A DNA stretch of 64,000 nt from Octopus bimaculoides (lineage: Eukaryota), in NCBI RefSeq assembly GCF_001194135.2, contig NC_068996.1, positions 49,937,876-50,001,875 on the forward strand, read 5' to 3'. The position numbers and the translations under genes were made by a program. Below are positions 26,354 through 39,783 of the stretch, in pieces; the stretch's first letter is position 1, and each line of letters begins with the position of its first letter. The notes beneath the pieces were generated by a model, which was not told the DNA's origin, did no database searches, and was given only the letters and a program-made list of their open reading frames with translations.

Positions 26354-27157
26354 ACATAAAAAAATATCTTGAAATACTAAAGAGTAAATTTGTTCATTAA
26401 AATCACCATTAGCTTCAAACACGGCCTCCAGACAACTTTGGAGTCTCCTGCAATTCTTCTGGATGGTCTCCTTGTTTAAGTTGAATGAATGCAGCCATAA
26501 TCCTCGCCTTCAGTTTGTCTTTGGTTTTACAAGGATTTTTGTTGGTTTCTTGTTCAACTGCATTTCACAGATAATAATCAAGGGGGATGCAGTTTAGGGA
26601 GTTAGACAGCTAGATGTTAGGGGTGATGCGGTTGCAGAAATTGTCTGACAGCCATGACTGGGTTCTCCTGCTTGTGTGGCATGGTGCAGAGTCCTGTTAC
26701 CAGATATAGGGTATTCCAGAAGCAACTCTCTTGACCCAGGGCAGCACTACCTCCTCCAGGCACTTTATGTAGGCCTCCATGTTGATTCTGAGCCCATGTG
26801 GGATGATGAATGGAGGCAAAATGTTGCTATCACTAGTGCTCACTCCAAACACCATGATGTTGACTGGATGTTTGATTTTTATCACTCTTGGTACATGTTT
26901 TGGGGACACGGCAAGCCAATGGTTTTTTCTCTGTGTTCACAATCTGTTCATATTGGAGCATCCGGTGTGAATGCCAAGCAGTACAGCATGTTGTTTCCAA
27001 ATTTCTGGTGGAGTGAATTGCATCATGGTGCTGTTTTTCTCACAGATGGTGCCCTACTGACCCTACTATACTGTGTAGTTGACAAAATAAAAAAAAAACA
27101 ATGCACATGTGCAAAATTAAAAATATAAAATGACAACAATTTACCCATCGCACCCTG
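26354..27157 (-). mobile_element. Tc1/mariner-superfamily DD37D (maT-like) transposon relic
   Basis: TA|CAGGGTGCGATGGG terminus at 27157; degenerate transposase IMVFGV...LPWVK...QDSAPCH...PLDYY with 37 residues between D2 and D3; in-frame stops; other end in or next to a gap. Confidence 0.8.
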
Positions 27158-27715
27158 TATATATATGTATATAGGCATGGCTGTGTGGTGAGAAGATTGC
27201 TTCCCAATCACATGGTTCCAGGTTCAGTCCCACTGCATGGCACTTCAGGTAAGTGTCTTTTACTATAGCCTTGGGCTTACCAAAGCCTTGTGAGTGGATG
27301 TGATAGACAGAAACTGAAAGAAGCCTGTTGTATATATATATATATATATATNNNNNNNNNNNNNNNNNNNNNNNNNNNNNNNNNNNNNNNNNNNNNNNNN
27401 NNNNNNNNNNNNNNNNNNNNNNNNNNNNNNNNNNNNNNNNNNNNNNNNNNNNNNNNNNNNNNNNNNNNNNNNNNNNNNNNNNNNNNNNNNNNNNNNNNNN
27501 NNNNNNNNNNNNNNNNNNNNNNNNNNNNNNNNNNNNNNNNNNNTTATCTTTCCCTTATGAGTACCCCTCATTTGTTGGACAATAAACTTTGCTTGCGAAG
27601 ACCTATTGAGGCAAGTGTAAACAAACCAAAATCGCTGACGTGGCTGATGACAGTACCGCGTGATTGGCACTCATGCCAATGGAACGTTAAAAGCACATCC
27701 AAACGTGGGGTGTAA

Positions 27716-29101
27716 AAAAACCATCATTTTTTTCCATAAATATATATATTATATAAATTAAATTATATATATATAATGCACATGTGCAGATGAAGCATTC
27801 CTGCCATGACCATCCTGTATTATTATTTTTTTTTCTAACTAAATACTCTGGACTACTTTATTTGCTGTATCCTGTTTCTTTCTTTATCTTTCCCTTATGA
27901 GTACCCCTCATTTGTTGGACAATAAACTTTGCTTGCGAAGACCTATTGAGGACACATAAAAGGTGCAGAGGTATCACTGGAAGACTAACAGAAAAAATAG
28001 CCTTTACATGTGGCAGATGTGCATGTACATTAAACACTAGGAATGTACAAAAAATAGACTCCCTCAAATGTCATGGGAGGTCCTTAGAAATAGTAGACGG
28101 TTTCTGTTACTTAGGTGACCAAGTTAGTAGTGGGGGAGGTTGTTCTGAAAGCATAACTGCTGGAATAAGAATAGGCTGGACGAAGTTCAGAGAGCTTCAA
28201 CCTTTGTTAGTAACAAAGGGTCTGTCCCTCAGAGTGCAAGGCGGGTTGTACGATGCCTGTGTATGAACAGCTATGCTGCATGGCAGTGAGACATGGGCTG
28301 TGACTACTGAGGATACATATAGGTTTGAGAGAAATGAAGTCAGTATGTTCCGTTGGGTGGGTAATGCCAGTGTTGATATAGATCAGAGTATAAGGGATTT
28401 GAGAGAAAAACTGGATATACGACGCATTGGATGTAGTGTGTAAGAGAGAAGACAGTTCTGGTATGGCCATGTAATGTGTATGAATGAAGACAGTTACATC
28501 AAGAAGTGCTGATCTTTAAATGTAGAGGGAACATATGGAAGGAGTAGACCCAGGAAGACATGGAATGAAGTGGTAAAACAAGATCTACATACATTGGAAT
28601 TCACAGAAGGGATGACAGGGACCGAGACTCCTGGTAGTTTGCTGTGCTTGAAAGCACACATCCAACATGTGAAGCTAATTAAGAAGCTAATTAAAAGTGT
28701 GGTTGTCCTTCATACAAGCTCCTTCCCTACATCTCTCTCCAGCTAAGCATTCCTAATCTTGCAGGCTTGAAGGTGCTGGCGCCACATACAAAGCATCTGT
28801 ACCAGTGCCATGTAAATACACCTGTACTGATGTTGTGTAAAAGCACCGAATAGACTTTATAAAGTGGTTGGCATTAGGAAGGGCATCCAGCCATAGAAAC
28901 CAAGCCAAAACAGACATGGAATCTGAACAGCTGGTCAGCTCCTGTCAAACTGTCCAACCCATGCCAGCATGGAAAATGGATGTTAAATGATGATGATGAT
29001 GATGATGATGATACACACACACACACATATATATATACCCCTCCTCCACATACACACACTATATATATANNNNNNNNNNNNNNNNNNNNNNNNNNNNNNN
29101 N

Positions 29102-29134
<33 letters not shown>

Positions 29135-29376
29135 TTTAGGATAAAAACTTTATAAGAATTTATCAGGTAGTTAGTGTGAAAAAACCTCATAAGGAAAAAA
29201 ACCCATCATTTTTTTCCATAAATATATATATTATATAAATTAAATTATATATATATAATGCACATGTGCAGATGAAGCATTCCTGCCATGACCATCCTGT
29301 ATTATTATTTTTTCTAACTAAATACTCTGGACTACTTTATTTGCTGTATCCTGTTTCTTTCTTTATCTTTCCCTTA
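27716..29376 (+). repeat. ~180-bp direct duplication (27716-27898 = 29197-29376) flanking an RTE fragment
   Basis: Identical apart from homopolymer length; 27544-27610 also repeats at 27884-27950. Confidence 0.85.
27951..29012 (+). mobile_element. RTE-clade LINE 3' fragment
   Basis: THKRCRGITGRLTEKIAFTCGRC...FCYLGDQVSSGGGC...IRIGWTKFRELQPLL..., then WYGHV and GRSRPRKTW; (ATG)n tail. Confidence 0.85.
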
Positions 29377-32300
29377 AGAAATTTAGATATATTTTGAGGG
29401 AGATTTCACTGCTAAACCTATCAGAGGCTCTCTCAGATTTCAACAACAGAAAAGTTAACCCTTTCGTTACCATATTTCTTTTGAAATACATTATCTGTTT
29501 TTCGACTATTTTTTAAAATGATGAATTTAGTAGAATAGTTTAGTGATTATTAAGCAGATGTTTTGAATATAAATTAATATGAAATTTTGAAGAAAGGCTT
29601 TAACTAAAACAGTTTTATAGCAGGGAGTTTGTATAATTGAATCAGGGGTAGTCTCAGGTGGGTTGGTATCAAAATGGTGGGCTATTAATGACCACATGGT
29701 TCATAAGTTCTAGACTTATTAAATCTGTTGATATAGCACTGTGCTCCTGATCAAGGCACATAACTCTGTCGATTCTGGTCTGCTTGTTCAGAATTATTTG
29801 TGTGAAAGTAACTCAGAGGAATTTAGATCAGATGTAAGGTAGACATCAAAATAAGAGTAGAGTCTTTTTATTTATTTATTTTATTTGTTTATTTTAAACT
29901 TTTATCTAGCCCAAAGATGACCAGTGTTAGTGATTCCTTGCGGCCCTCTCAGATATGTTAGATTAACATAGCATGTTCAGTTTTAACTTCTGCAATTTTT
30001 ACCTTCCTGTCTTTAATTTGTTTCACTCATTGGACTGCGGCCATGCTGGGGCATTGCCTTGAAGAATTTTTAGTTGAATGAATCGGCCTTAGTATGTATT
30101 TTTGTTTACAAGCCTGGTACTTATTCTATCAGTCTCTTTTGCTGAACTGCTAAGTTCAATATCAGTTGTCAAGCAGTGGTGGGGGACAAACAAACACAGA
30201 GACACACATGACAAGGTTCTTTCAGTTTCTGTCTACCAAATCCACTCAAAAGGCTTTGGTTAGCCTGAGGCTTTAGTAGAAGACATGTGTCCTAAGTGCC
30301 ACACAATAGGACTGAACCTCGAACCATGTGGTTGGGAAGTAAGCTTCTTACCACACAGCCACGTCTGCACTACAAGTTAGTGTTTTGCCCTCAAAACAAC
30401 CCTGATAGATGAAGCAAACTTATGATTAAAGGTAATCCAATCATGACCAAATCATCTTTTTAGAGGGTATGTCTAATACTTCATTATGTTTAATGAGTTA
30501 TTTTTTTTTAATTAAAGATGATAGGTTATAGTTTGATGGAGATTTGACTATTACTTCTACCAGGTCTAGTGATCACATATAGACTCTCACATTGGCCCAT
30601 ACATACATATATATATATATACACACTAATGCTGATTAGATGTGAGTTGAGGAAAAACAAATGTTGGTTACTATTTCCAGCAGTTCTTGTAACCACATAT
30701 TCTCCTCAAAGCCTAATGAGAAACAGAGCAGACTAGAGAGTTACAGTTGCTAAGGAAGAAAGAGTGGGTAAAACAATTATTTAGGCTGGGATTTAAATAA
30801 TGTGACATTGTGCAAATGATAATATAATAACGATGAAATTATTGTATACAGAGCTCAGAAAAAGTAGCCAAAACTGCACGAACTGCACATAGAATATGCA
30901 CAGGAAGTGAACAGTGAAAGAGTCTGCAACAAAAAAATGGGGGTGAAGTGCATCAGATGTACTCTCTTTACTCTGTTTCAGTCATTTGACTGTGGCCATG
31001 CTGGAACACCGCCTTTCGTCGAGCAAATCGACCCCAGGACTTATTCTTTGTAAGCCTAGTACTTATTCTATCAGTCTCTTTTGCTGAACCACTAAGTTAC
31101 GGGGACGTAAGCACACCAGCATCGATTGTCAAGCATTGTTGGGGGGACAAACACAGACACACATATATACGACGGGCTTCTTTCAGTTTCCGTCTACCAA
31201 ATCCACTCACAAGGTTTTGGTCGGCCCAAGGCTATAGCAGAAGACACTTGCCCAAGGTGCCACGCAGTGGGACTGAACCCGTAACCATGTGGTTGGCAAG
31301 CAAGCTACTTACCACACAACCACTCCTACTGTTGACTAATTTCAGGAAGCATGGAAGTTTTGAAGGATGTAGTGTTTCAACAGCTAACAACTGATGCAGG
31401 TAATTTATTCCATGCCTCAGGGAAAGGGTGGTGGCCTGGGGAAGAAACTGGGACAGTGATGCTACACAGCTGGCTAGTTCAGTGACACAGGGGCAGCAGT
31501 AGAAGAGACACAGGGGAGATAAAGAGTGCTAGTGAATAAGGGGAATAGTTACTGTTTAGCCCTAGGTCAGTCATAATCAAAGCCATTCCAACTATGACAA
31601 TCCTACCTTCTTTTTCATGTTTCAAGGAAGACTTGGTAACATTTCCCAGTATCCTTCTCTAAAACAGTGTGATTTGAGAAAGATTTGACTGCTATTTCTA
31701 GCAACCACAGAGGCACTTTTATTGATACATAGCGGCTGTAGTATATTGATGACATAATGGTTATTATTGAAACTTGTTGCAGTTCAAGAGAAAAATCCAG
31801 AAGTTAATCCCAGTTTGGGATTTCTGGGGTTTGACAAAATCACACAAATGGTGTTTCCTTGTACCAAGTAAGGGACTCAATTTCTAACACTTCATGGAAG
31901 GCAGTGAAGTGATTTTTACATGGTTACTCGACTTGCTAGAAATGCCAGTTAAATCTTCTTTATGTCATCATTTATCTTTTCCTTGTTTCAGTCATTAGAC
32001 TATGGCCATACTGGAGCACTGCCTTTAAGAATTTTTTAGTTGAATGAAGTGACTTCAGTACTTATTCTATCAGTCTCTTTTGCTGAACTGCTAAGTTACA
32101 GGGACATAAACATTACAATACTAGTTCTCAAGCGGTGTGTGTGTATGTGTGTGTGTGACAAACACAGATACACACACGCATATATGATGGGCTTCTTTTA
32201 GTTTTTGTCTCTCAAATCCACTCAAGGCCTTCCTTGGCCCAAGACTATAGTGGAAGACACTTGCCCAAGGTGCCATGCAGTGGGACTGAACCAGGAACCA

Positions 32301-34388
32301 TGTGGTTGGGAAACAAGCTTCTTACCGCACAGCCATACCCGTGCCAAGCATCTCATGTCAAGAAAGGATAAGTTAGATAATGTAGTCTTACATAAATAAA
32401 ATGGTATAATTAAACTGGAATGGCTAAATAGATGGCTTTTTGTCTTTTTTCCCTACAATTTTTCATTATAGGTACAGGTATGGCTTTGTGGTAAAGAAGT
32501 TTACTTCCCAACCATATGGTCTTGGGTTCAGCCGTACTGCATGGCACCAAAGCCTTCTGAGTTGATTTGGTAAACGGAAACTGAAAGAAGCCCATAATAT
32601 ATATATGTGTGTGTGTGAGTGTGTGTTTTCCCCTACTACCACTTGACAACTGGTGTTGGTGTGTTTACGTCCCTGTAACTTAGCAGTTCAGTAGAAAGAG
32701 ATCAATAGAATAAGTAGGTACCAAGCTTAAAAATAAACACTGTATTCTATTCATTCACATATATTGTTATTTATACATAAATATGTACTAATAACCTGGT
32801 GTAGGACTCAATACAGTAATCCCTTTCCATATCGTGGTTTATCAAGCTTACGTCGATTCCTCCGTAGTGTTGTTTTGCATTTATAATAAAATAAGTATAT
32901 ATAAAAAATAATGACAAAAATAAAACAAAAAGTGGAGGGAATAGGTGAAGGAGGAGATTGGGAGGGTTGGTTTGAAAAAGGAGGACGTCCAAAGCTGGGT
33001 AAGGTAGCGAGATGGTAGGAGGGTGGTGGCTATGGCATTGAGGTAGATCCGGCCACCCCCATTAACGGGGACAAAACCCAGACTTAAAACACTGGATGAT
33101 GATGATGATGATGGATGTATGTATGTGTGCATGTGTATCTCTCTATATATATACATCAATGAATGTATAATTCTAAATGCATTTTATGTAAGTGCATGTG
33201 AATAAGTAAATACATGTCATGTAAAATATATATTCTTTTATTCTTTCAGTCATTTGACTGTGGCCATGCTGGAGCACCGCCTTTAGTCAAGCAAATCGAC
33301 CCCAAGACTTATTCTTTGTAAGCCTAGTACTTATTCTATTGGTCTCTTTTGCTGAACCGCCGAGTTACGGGGACATAAACACACCAGCATCAATTGTCAA
33401 GCGACGTTGGGGGACAAAACAGTCACACAAACAAACACACACACATATATACAATGGGCTTCTTTCAGTTTCCGTCTACCAAATCCACTCACAAGGCTTT
33501 GGTCAGCCCAAGACTATAGTAGAAGACACTTGCCCAAGGTACCACGCAGTGGAACTGAACCCAGAACTATGTGGTTGGTAAGCAAGCTACTTACCACACA
33601 GCCATTCCTGCGCCTATGAAACATCTATTAAATCACTATGTATATACATACATGCAAACGTATGTACATACATGCAGTTTTGAGGTTACTATTGCTACTC
33701 TGAGTTTCACAAATCACTGCCAGTCCTGAAACTAAAGGCAGCACTACAAAGCACAATAGACAAATATTCATGAAATGTTTTGGCCACTTCTGCTCAAACA
33801 AAGAAGGCAGTCTTGATGAAAAATTGAGGAGATTTATAATGAAAATAACATGCACTTCTAGCAACAGAAAAGAAAAGGAAAAAGGGAAAGAAAAAAAAAG
33901 AAGAAAAAAAACAAACAAAAAACAAATTAGTACATAATAAAAGAATACAAACACACATTCATATAAAATAAGACTTATAAACATTTAAATGTACAGACAC
34001 ACAGATATACATCTACATATGGCTGTGTAATTAAGAACTTTGCTTTTCAATCACTTGGGTTCTAGGTTCAATCCCACTGCATCTAAGTGGATTTGATAAA
34101 AGCTAAAAGTAGACATTGATATGTATTTGTGTACATATGCATGTATGTTTATACGTGTGTGTACACATGTGCATATACATATGTATGATGAATCTACAGA
34201 ACTTTAAGCAGCACGGAGTTGAATCAAACTGCTATGGTGTATGGTAAGTAGCTTGCTTCCCAACCACATGGCTCTGGGTCCAGTCCCACTATGTGGCACC
34301 TTGGGCAAGTGTCTTCTACTACACCCTTGAGCCGACCAAAGGCTTGTGAGTGGATTTGGTAGACGGAAACTGAAAGAAGCCCATCGTG

Positions 34389-34431
<43 letters not shown>

Positions 34432-35038
34432 NNNNNNNNNNNNNNNNNNNNNNNNNNNNNNNNNNNNNNNNNNNNNNNNNNNNNNNNNNNNNNNNNNNNN
34501 NNNNNNNNNNNNNNNNNNNNNNNNNNNNNNNNNNNNNNNNNNNNNNNNNNNNNNNNNNNNNNNNNNNNNNNNNNNNNNNNNNNNNNNNNNNNNNNNNNNN
34601 NNNNNNNNNNNNNNNNNNNNNNNNNNNNNNNNNNNNNNNNNNNNNNNNNNNNNNNNNNNNNNNNNNNNNNNNNNNNNNNNNNNNNNNNNNNNNNNNNNNN
34701 NNNNNNNNNNNNNNNNNNNNNNNNNNNNNNNNNNNNNNNNNNNNNNNNNNNNNNNNNNNNNNNNNNNNNNNNNNNNNNNNNNNNNNNNNNNNNNNNNNNN
34801 NNNNNNNNNNNNNNNNNNNNNNNNNNNNATATATTTAATCCTTTATATTGAACACTCAATATTTCATCTATTCAATAAGACATTCAATACTTTATTTCAT
34901 TGTACCATCCATTTTTATTTTATATTATATATTGTATATTATATTATATATTCCATATTCTATATCCCACATTGGTTTTGCAGGAATATAAATAAAACAT
35001 AAAAAACAGACAGTGTTGGAACTCTTTTAAACAAAATA

Positions 35039-35071
<33 letters not shown>

Positions 35072-36502
35072 TGTGTGTGTGTGTATATGTTTGTGTGTCT
35101 GTGTTTGTCCCCCCAACATTGCTTGACAACCGATGGTGGTGTGTTTACATCCCCATAACTTAGTGGTTCAGCAGAAGAAACCGATAGAATATGTACTAGG
35201 CTTACAAAGAATAAGTCCTGGGGTTGATTTGCTTGACTAAAGGCGGTGCTCCAGCATGGCCACAGTCAAATGACTGAAACAAGTAAGAGAGTGAGAATAA
35301 ATGTAGCTGGCTACAAATAACTTCAACTACTTGATACTCACACATATATCTATACATACATACATGCATGAAATATACACTCATCATCCTTGTCTATATA
35401 AATATGCAAATATATGGTGTAAGAATGGCTGTGTGGTAAGAAGCTTGCTTCCCAACCAAATAGCTCTGGGTTCTTTCTTACTGCATGTCACCTTGGACCA
35501 CTAGTGTAATGGGAGGAGGGTACTTTTAAAGGGGCATCAATTTTGGGTCTGCTGTAGGCAATATGTATTTCTTGTGGGGTCTGGGGATGACAAACAGAAG
35601 GGCCACCCACGGTGGCACACTCTAGCTACGCTAGTGCCTTGGACAAGTGTCTGATACTATAGCCTCAGGCTGAGCAAGGCCTTGTCAGTGAATTCGGTAG
35701 GCGGAAATTGAAAGAAGCCCCATTATGTGTGTATGTATGTCCCATCATGGTTTGACAGCTGGTGTTTATGCCCTCATAACTCAGCAGTTCAGCAAGAGAG
35801 ACTGATAGAAAAAATACCAGGCTTAAAAATTGGTTTGACTAAAATTCTTCAAGGTGGTGCTTCAGCATGGTCACAGTTTAATGATTGAAATAAGTAACAG
35901 ATAAAAGAGAAAAGATACACACGCACACACACACAATCTTTATTTTATGTCCACTTGTCATGTTGTCAGGGGTCCACTTGTCATGTTGTCATGATTTAGC
36001 AGGATTCAATGTGTCAGAGGATCATAAGTTCTTTCAATGGCTCATTGGTATGGTATCTATGGCTGCCACTCCTAATGCCAACCACATTTACAGAATGGAG
36101 TGGGTACAATTTTTATAGCACCATCACAGTAGAGGTTGCCTTACCATCAACAAGACTAAAGAGCTCTCTCAAGTAATGCAGTAAAGCTGTTTGTGTCGAT
36201 TGAATGTACTAAGTACTTCTTGTAGTACCAACAATGTTGGGGGACACCTTACAGTTTGCAAAGTGTAAGAAAGTACCCCATGACAGATAGAACAAAATTA
36301 TTGTGCGAGGACGGTAATAGAGAATAACAGAGGGAACAATGTTGAGAGTGGGAGTAGAAGAGACAGGAAGAGGGAGAAGGATAACATTAGGAGTCAGAAG
36401 GAAATGGTAACAGGATGGGTTGAATAGGTGAACCCAGTGATGGGATGGGTCAGTCTGTCTGCCATGCAATAAGTTTATTTTTATTAGAATTACAGATTTA
36501 GT

Positions 36503-36870
36503 GGAGGCGCAATGGCCCAGTGGTTAGGGCAGCGGACTCGCGGTCATAGGATTGCAGTTTCGATTCCCAGACCGAAAACACCTAAAGCTCCACGAGGTTC
36601 CGGCAGGGGATGGTGGCAAACCCTGCTGTACTCTTCCACCACAACTTTCTCTCACTCTTACTTCCTGTTTCTGTTGTGCCTGTAATTCAAAGGGTCAGCC
36701 TTGTGACACTGTGTCACGCTGAATCTCCCCGAGAACTACGTTAAGGGTACACGTGTCTGTGGAGTGCTCAGCCACTTGCACGTTAATTTCACGAGCAGGC
36801 TGTTCCGTTGATCGGATCAACTGGAACCCTCGACGTCTTAAGTGACAGAGTGCCAACAACAACAACAACA
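36503..36870 (+). mobile_element. Near-full-length tRNA-headed SINE (family C; Arg(TCG)-like head) with (AAC)n tail and 11-bp TSD
   Basis: A box tggcccagtgg, B box gtttcgattccc; TSD acagatttagt at 36492-36502 and 36871-36881; related pieces at 43490-43740 (+) and 45130-45290 (-). Confidence 0.85.
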
Positions 36871-37887
36871 ACAGATTTAGTATTGCAAGACAGGGTTGAG
36901 ATAATCTTAGGAGAGGAGGTCATAGGAGGAGTGGGAAAAGTATCATCAGGAGGTTAGTGAAAGAGTGTTAGCGTGATAAGACAGTGGGGAGAGTTGAAGA
37001 GGACGGGGGTGTAGTTATATAATATATTATGCCTGGCACCTTGCTATACTCAAGAAGACCCATGCTCCACAGCAGTGTTAAGGCTGGTTTTCCCTGGGGG
37101 TGAGGATTGACCTGCAAGAGTCCTGTGCTGGCGCCATGTAAGATGCACTTGTGCCAGTGCTACATAGATGCACCAGCACACACTGTATAAGTGGCCGGCA
37201 TTAAGAAGGGCATCCAGTTGTAGAAACCAAGCCAAATCATACAGGAATCTAGTGCAACTCTCCAGCTTGTAAGCTTTGGTCAAACCATCCAACCCATGTC
37301 AGCATGGGCAATAGATGTTAAATGATGATGATTGGGTGGTTAAAATAGGGTGAAAGTGAGTAACAGGAGGGAAAGGAAAAAGATAGTGTCAGTGTGATTA
37401 GAGCAAAGTGCCTAGGATGGATGATGGGTTGGGTAGGAGATGATACAGTCACATCCCACATGTTTATGGTTAGGTAGAGTGGTGTAGGTAAGATGACAAT
37501 GAAGAGCCAGAGCATATCCTTGTATTAATATATCCAAGAGAGAATGGTAACAGTGGAGTTAGAACCAGTAGAATGCCAGCATGCAATTTCTTCCTAACCT
37601 AGCATAATTTATAATTTGGAAAGAAAGATCAAAAGTAAGATGGAGGTACGGGGTGGAGAGAGAGATATATTGAATACACCCAAATCAAGTACTTTCCTCT
37701 CAGCTATGGGCATGCCATGGGGAGTAGAAGAGAGAATGGAGAGGGTGTTAAATATAAGAAAGCCATTTATTGTAGAAAAAACAATAACCCAAAAAACAAT
37801 ATACAAATGGAAACACATTACTTCTATGCTTTTGATATGCAGATATATGCTGTGTTATACATAAGATATATATTTGTTATATGTCCC

Positions 37888-37923
<36 letters not shown>

Positions 37924-38078
37924 ATGGTTCTGGGTTCAGTCCCACTGCGAGACACCTTGGGCAAGTGTCTTCTACTATAGCCTCGGGCCGAACAAAGCCT
38001 TGTGAGTGGATTTGGTAGACGGAAACTGAAAGAAACCCGTCGTATATATATATGTGTGTGTGTGTGTGTGGTGTGTGT

Positions 38079-38149
<71 letters not shown>

Positions 38150-38735
38150 GCAACATCGCTTGACAAGCGATGCTGGTGTGCTTACATTCCTGTAACTTAG
38201 CAGTTCGGCAAAAGAGATCGATAGAATAAGTACTAGGCTTCCAAAGAATAAGTCCTGGGGTCGATTTGCTCGGCTAAAGGCGGTGCTCCAGCATGGCCGC
38301 AATCAAATGACTGAAACAAGTAAAATAGTGAGATATATATATATACACACACACACACAGAGGAATATATAGGAATGTACTGACACATATATTTATGCAT
38401 ACACATTCAAGCTTGTATGACATACAATTTATATATAATACATATAATATAATGCATTATATCATTCATATTGTATGATATAATGCTACAATAATAGTTT
38501 TTTCATAAAGAATGCGCACTTAGTTCTGAGGTAGGTGACAATCAGATCTAGAATGTGTCATAAATGCTGTGCTTTGTAACAAACAGCATTTTGCTGCATG
38601 ATCAGTGAAGCATCACAAAACTTGGGTGTAAGCTCATGAAACTTGGGTGTAATCAACAGAGCGAAATCTCTTTACCCTTTGTTTGTAAATTCAAAACAAA
38701 TATGTGCACATAAATATATTTTTTGATGCATACAT

Positions 38736-38770
<35 letters not shown>

Positions 38771-38861
38771 TAGATAGATATGCATATAGATTAGCCAACT
38801 TGTGATTGGCTTCTTGGAAGTATAAACAACAATGCTGCCGCTATTTATTGAAAGCATTATA

Positions 38862-39783
38862 TTGGGTCATCCCATAAATAATGCGGTTTTTCAATTGCAT
38901 AAAGTAAAAGTTGGAGGGGGATGGGATAAAGTACCTGCATCAACTGGCTAGAAAAGCAGGTAGTAATTTTACTTTGACTTATTCTTAGTGAAAGTTTTGA
39001 AGAGTGCAGTTCGATTTTAAGCTATTTTTTTCAAAGCTATAATAGAAGTGACAAAGGAGCATAATCGGCATATTTTGCTTTATGAGTTCAATAAAGGCAA
39101 CAACACAACGGAAAGTGCGAAGAAAATTAATGTAATATATGGGGATCAGACAATAAGCAGAAGCCAATGTCAACAATGGTTTCAGAAATTCTGAGCCAGA
39201 AACTACAGCCTAGAAGACAAGCATTGTCCTGGATGATCTGTAGAGCTTGATGAGGATGTCTTGCAAACCCTGGTGGAACAAAATCCCATCGTAACTGTTG
39301 AGGAACTAGCAGAGAAGCTAGGATTAAGTCATTCAACCATTCATCAACATCTGCACTAGAAGAAAAACGACCATCTTTGGTTTCAAGACAAAAGGTGTTC
39401 TTCTATCAGGATAATACTCAGCCACATACAGCAAGGACGACATTCCAAAGGCTGGAGCAGTTTGAATGGGAAATGATGCCTCCCCCACCATATTCGCCAG
39501 ACATTACCCCATCTGATTATCATTTATTCCACAGTCTTCCAAATCATTTGGACGGAAAAAATGTGAATTCTGTAGACGAGGTCAAAACAGTACTGGAGAA
39601 GTATTTTACATTACAAACAAGTGAATGTTAGAAGAGGGGTCATGCTAGTCTACCAGAGAGATGGAAGTGCATTGTAGAAAATGAAGGAAAGTATATTTTA
39701 GATTTAAAAAGACCTTTGCTTATCTTAATTTTGAAAAATAAAATAAGTATAAAAAAAGCCATATTATTTATGGGATGACCCAA
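38862..39783 (+). mobile_element. Mariner (DD34D) transposon, internally deleted and inactive, intact ends
   Basis: 21-bp perfect TIRs ttgggtcatcccataaataat, TA TSDs (38860-61, 39784-85). HTH-region remnant (RHILLYEFNKG...) and QDNTQPH-x-YSPDITPSDY with 34 residues between the Asps; contains stops, and the middle of the ORF is missing. Confidence 0.92.

Noticed and set aside
15380-27715. Numerous 100-300 aa ORFs in the ORF track (YI/HT/CV-rich or X-filled)
   Set aside because: Translations of (TA)n, (CA)n and (CATA)n microsatellites and N-gaps
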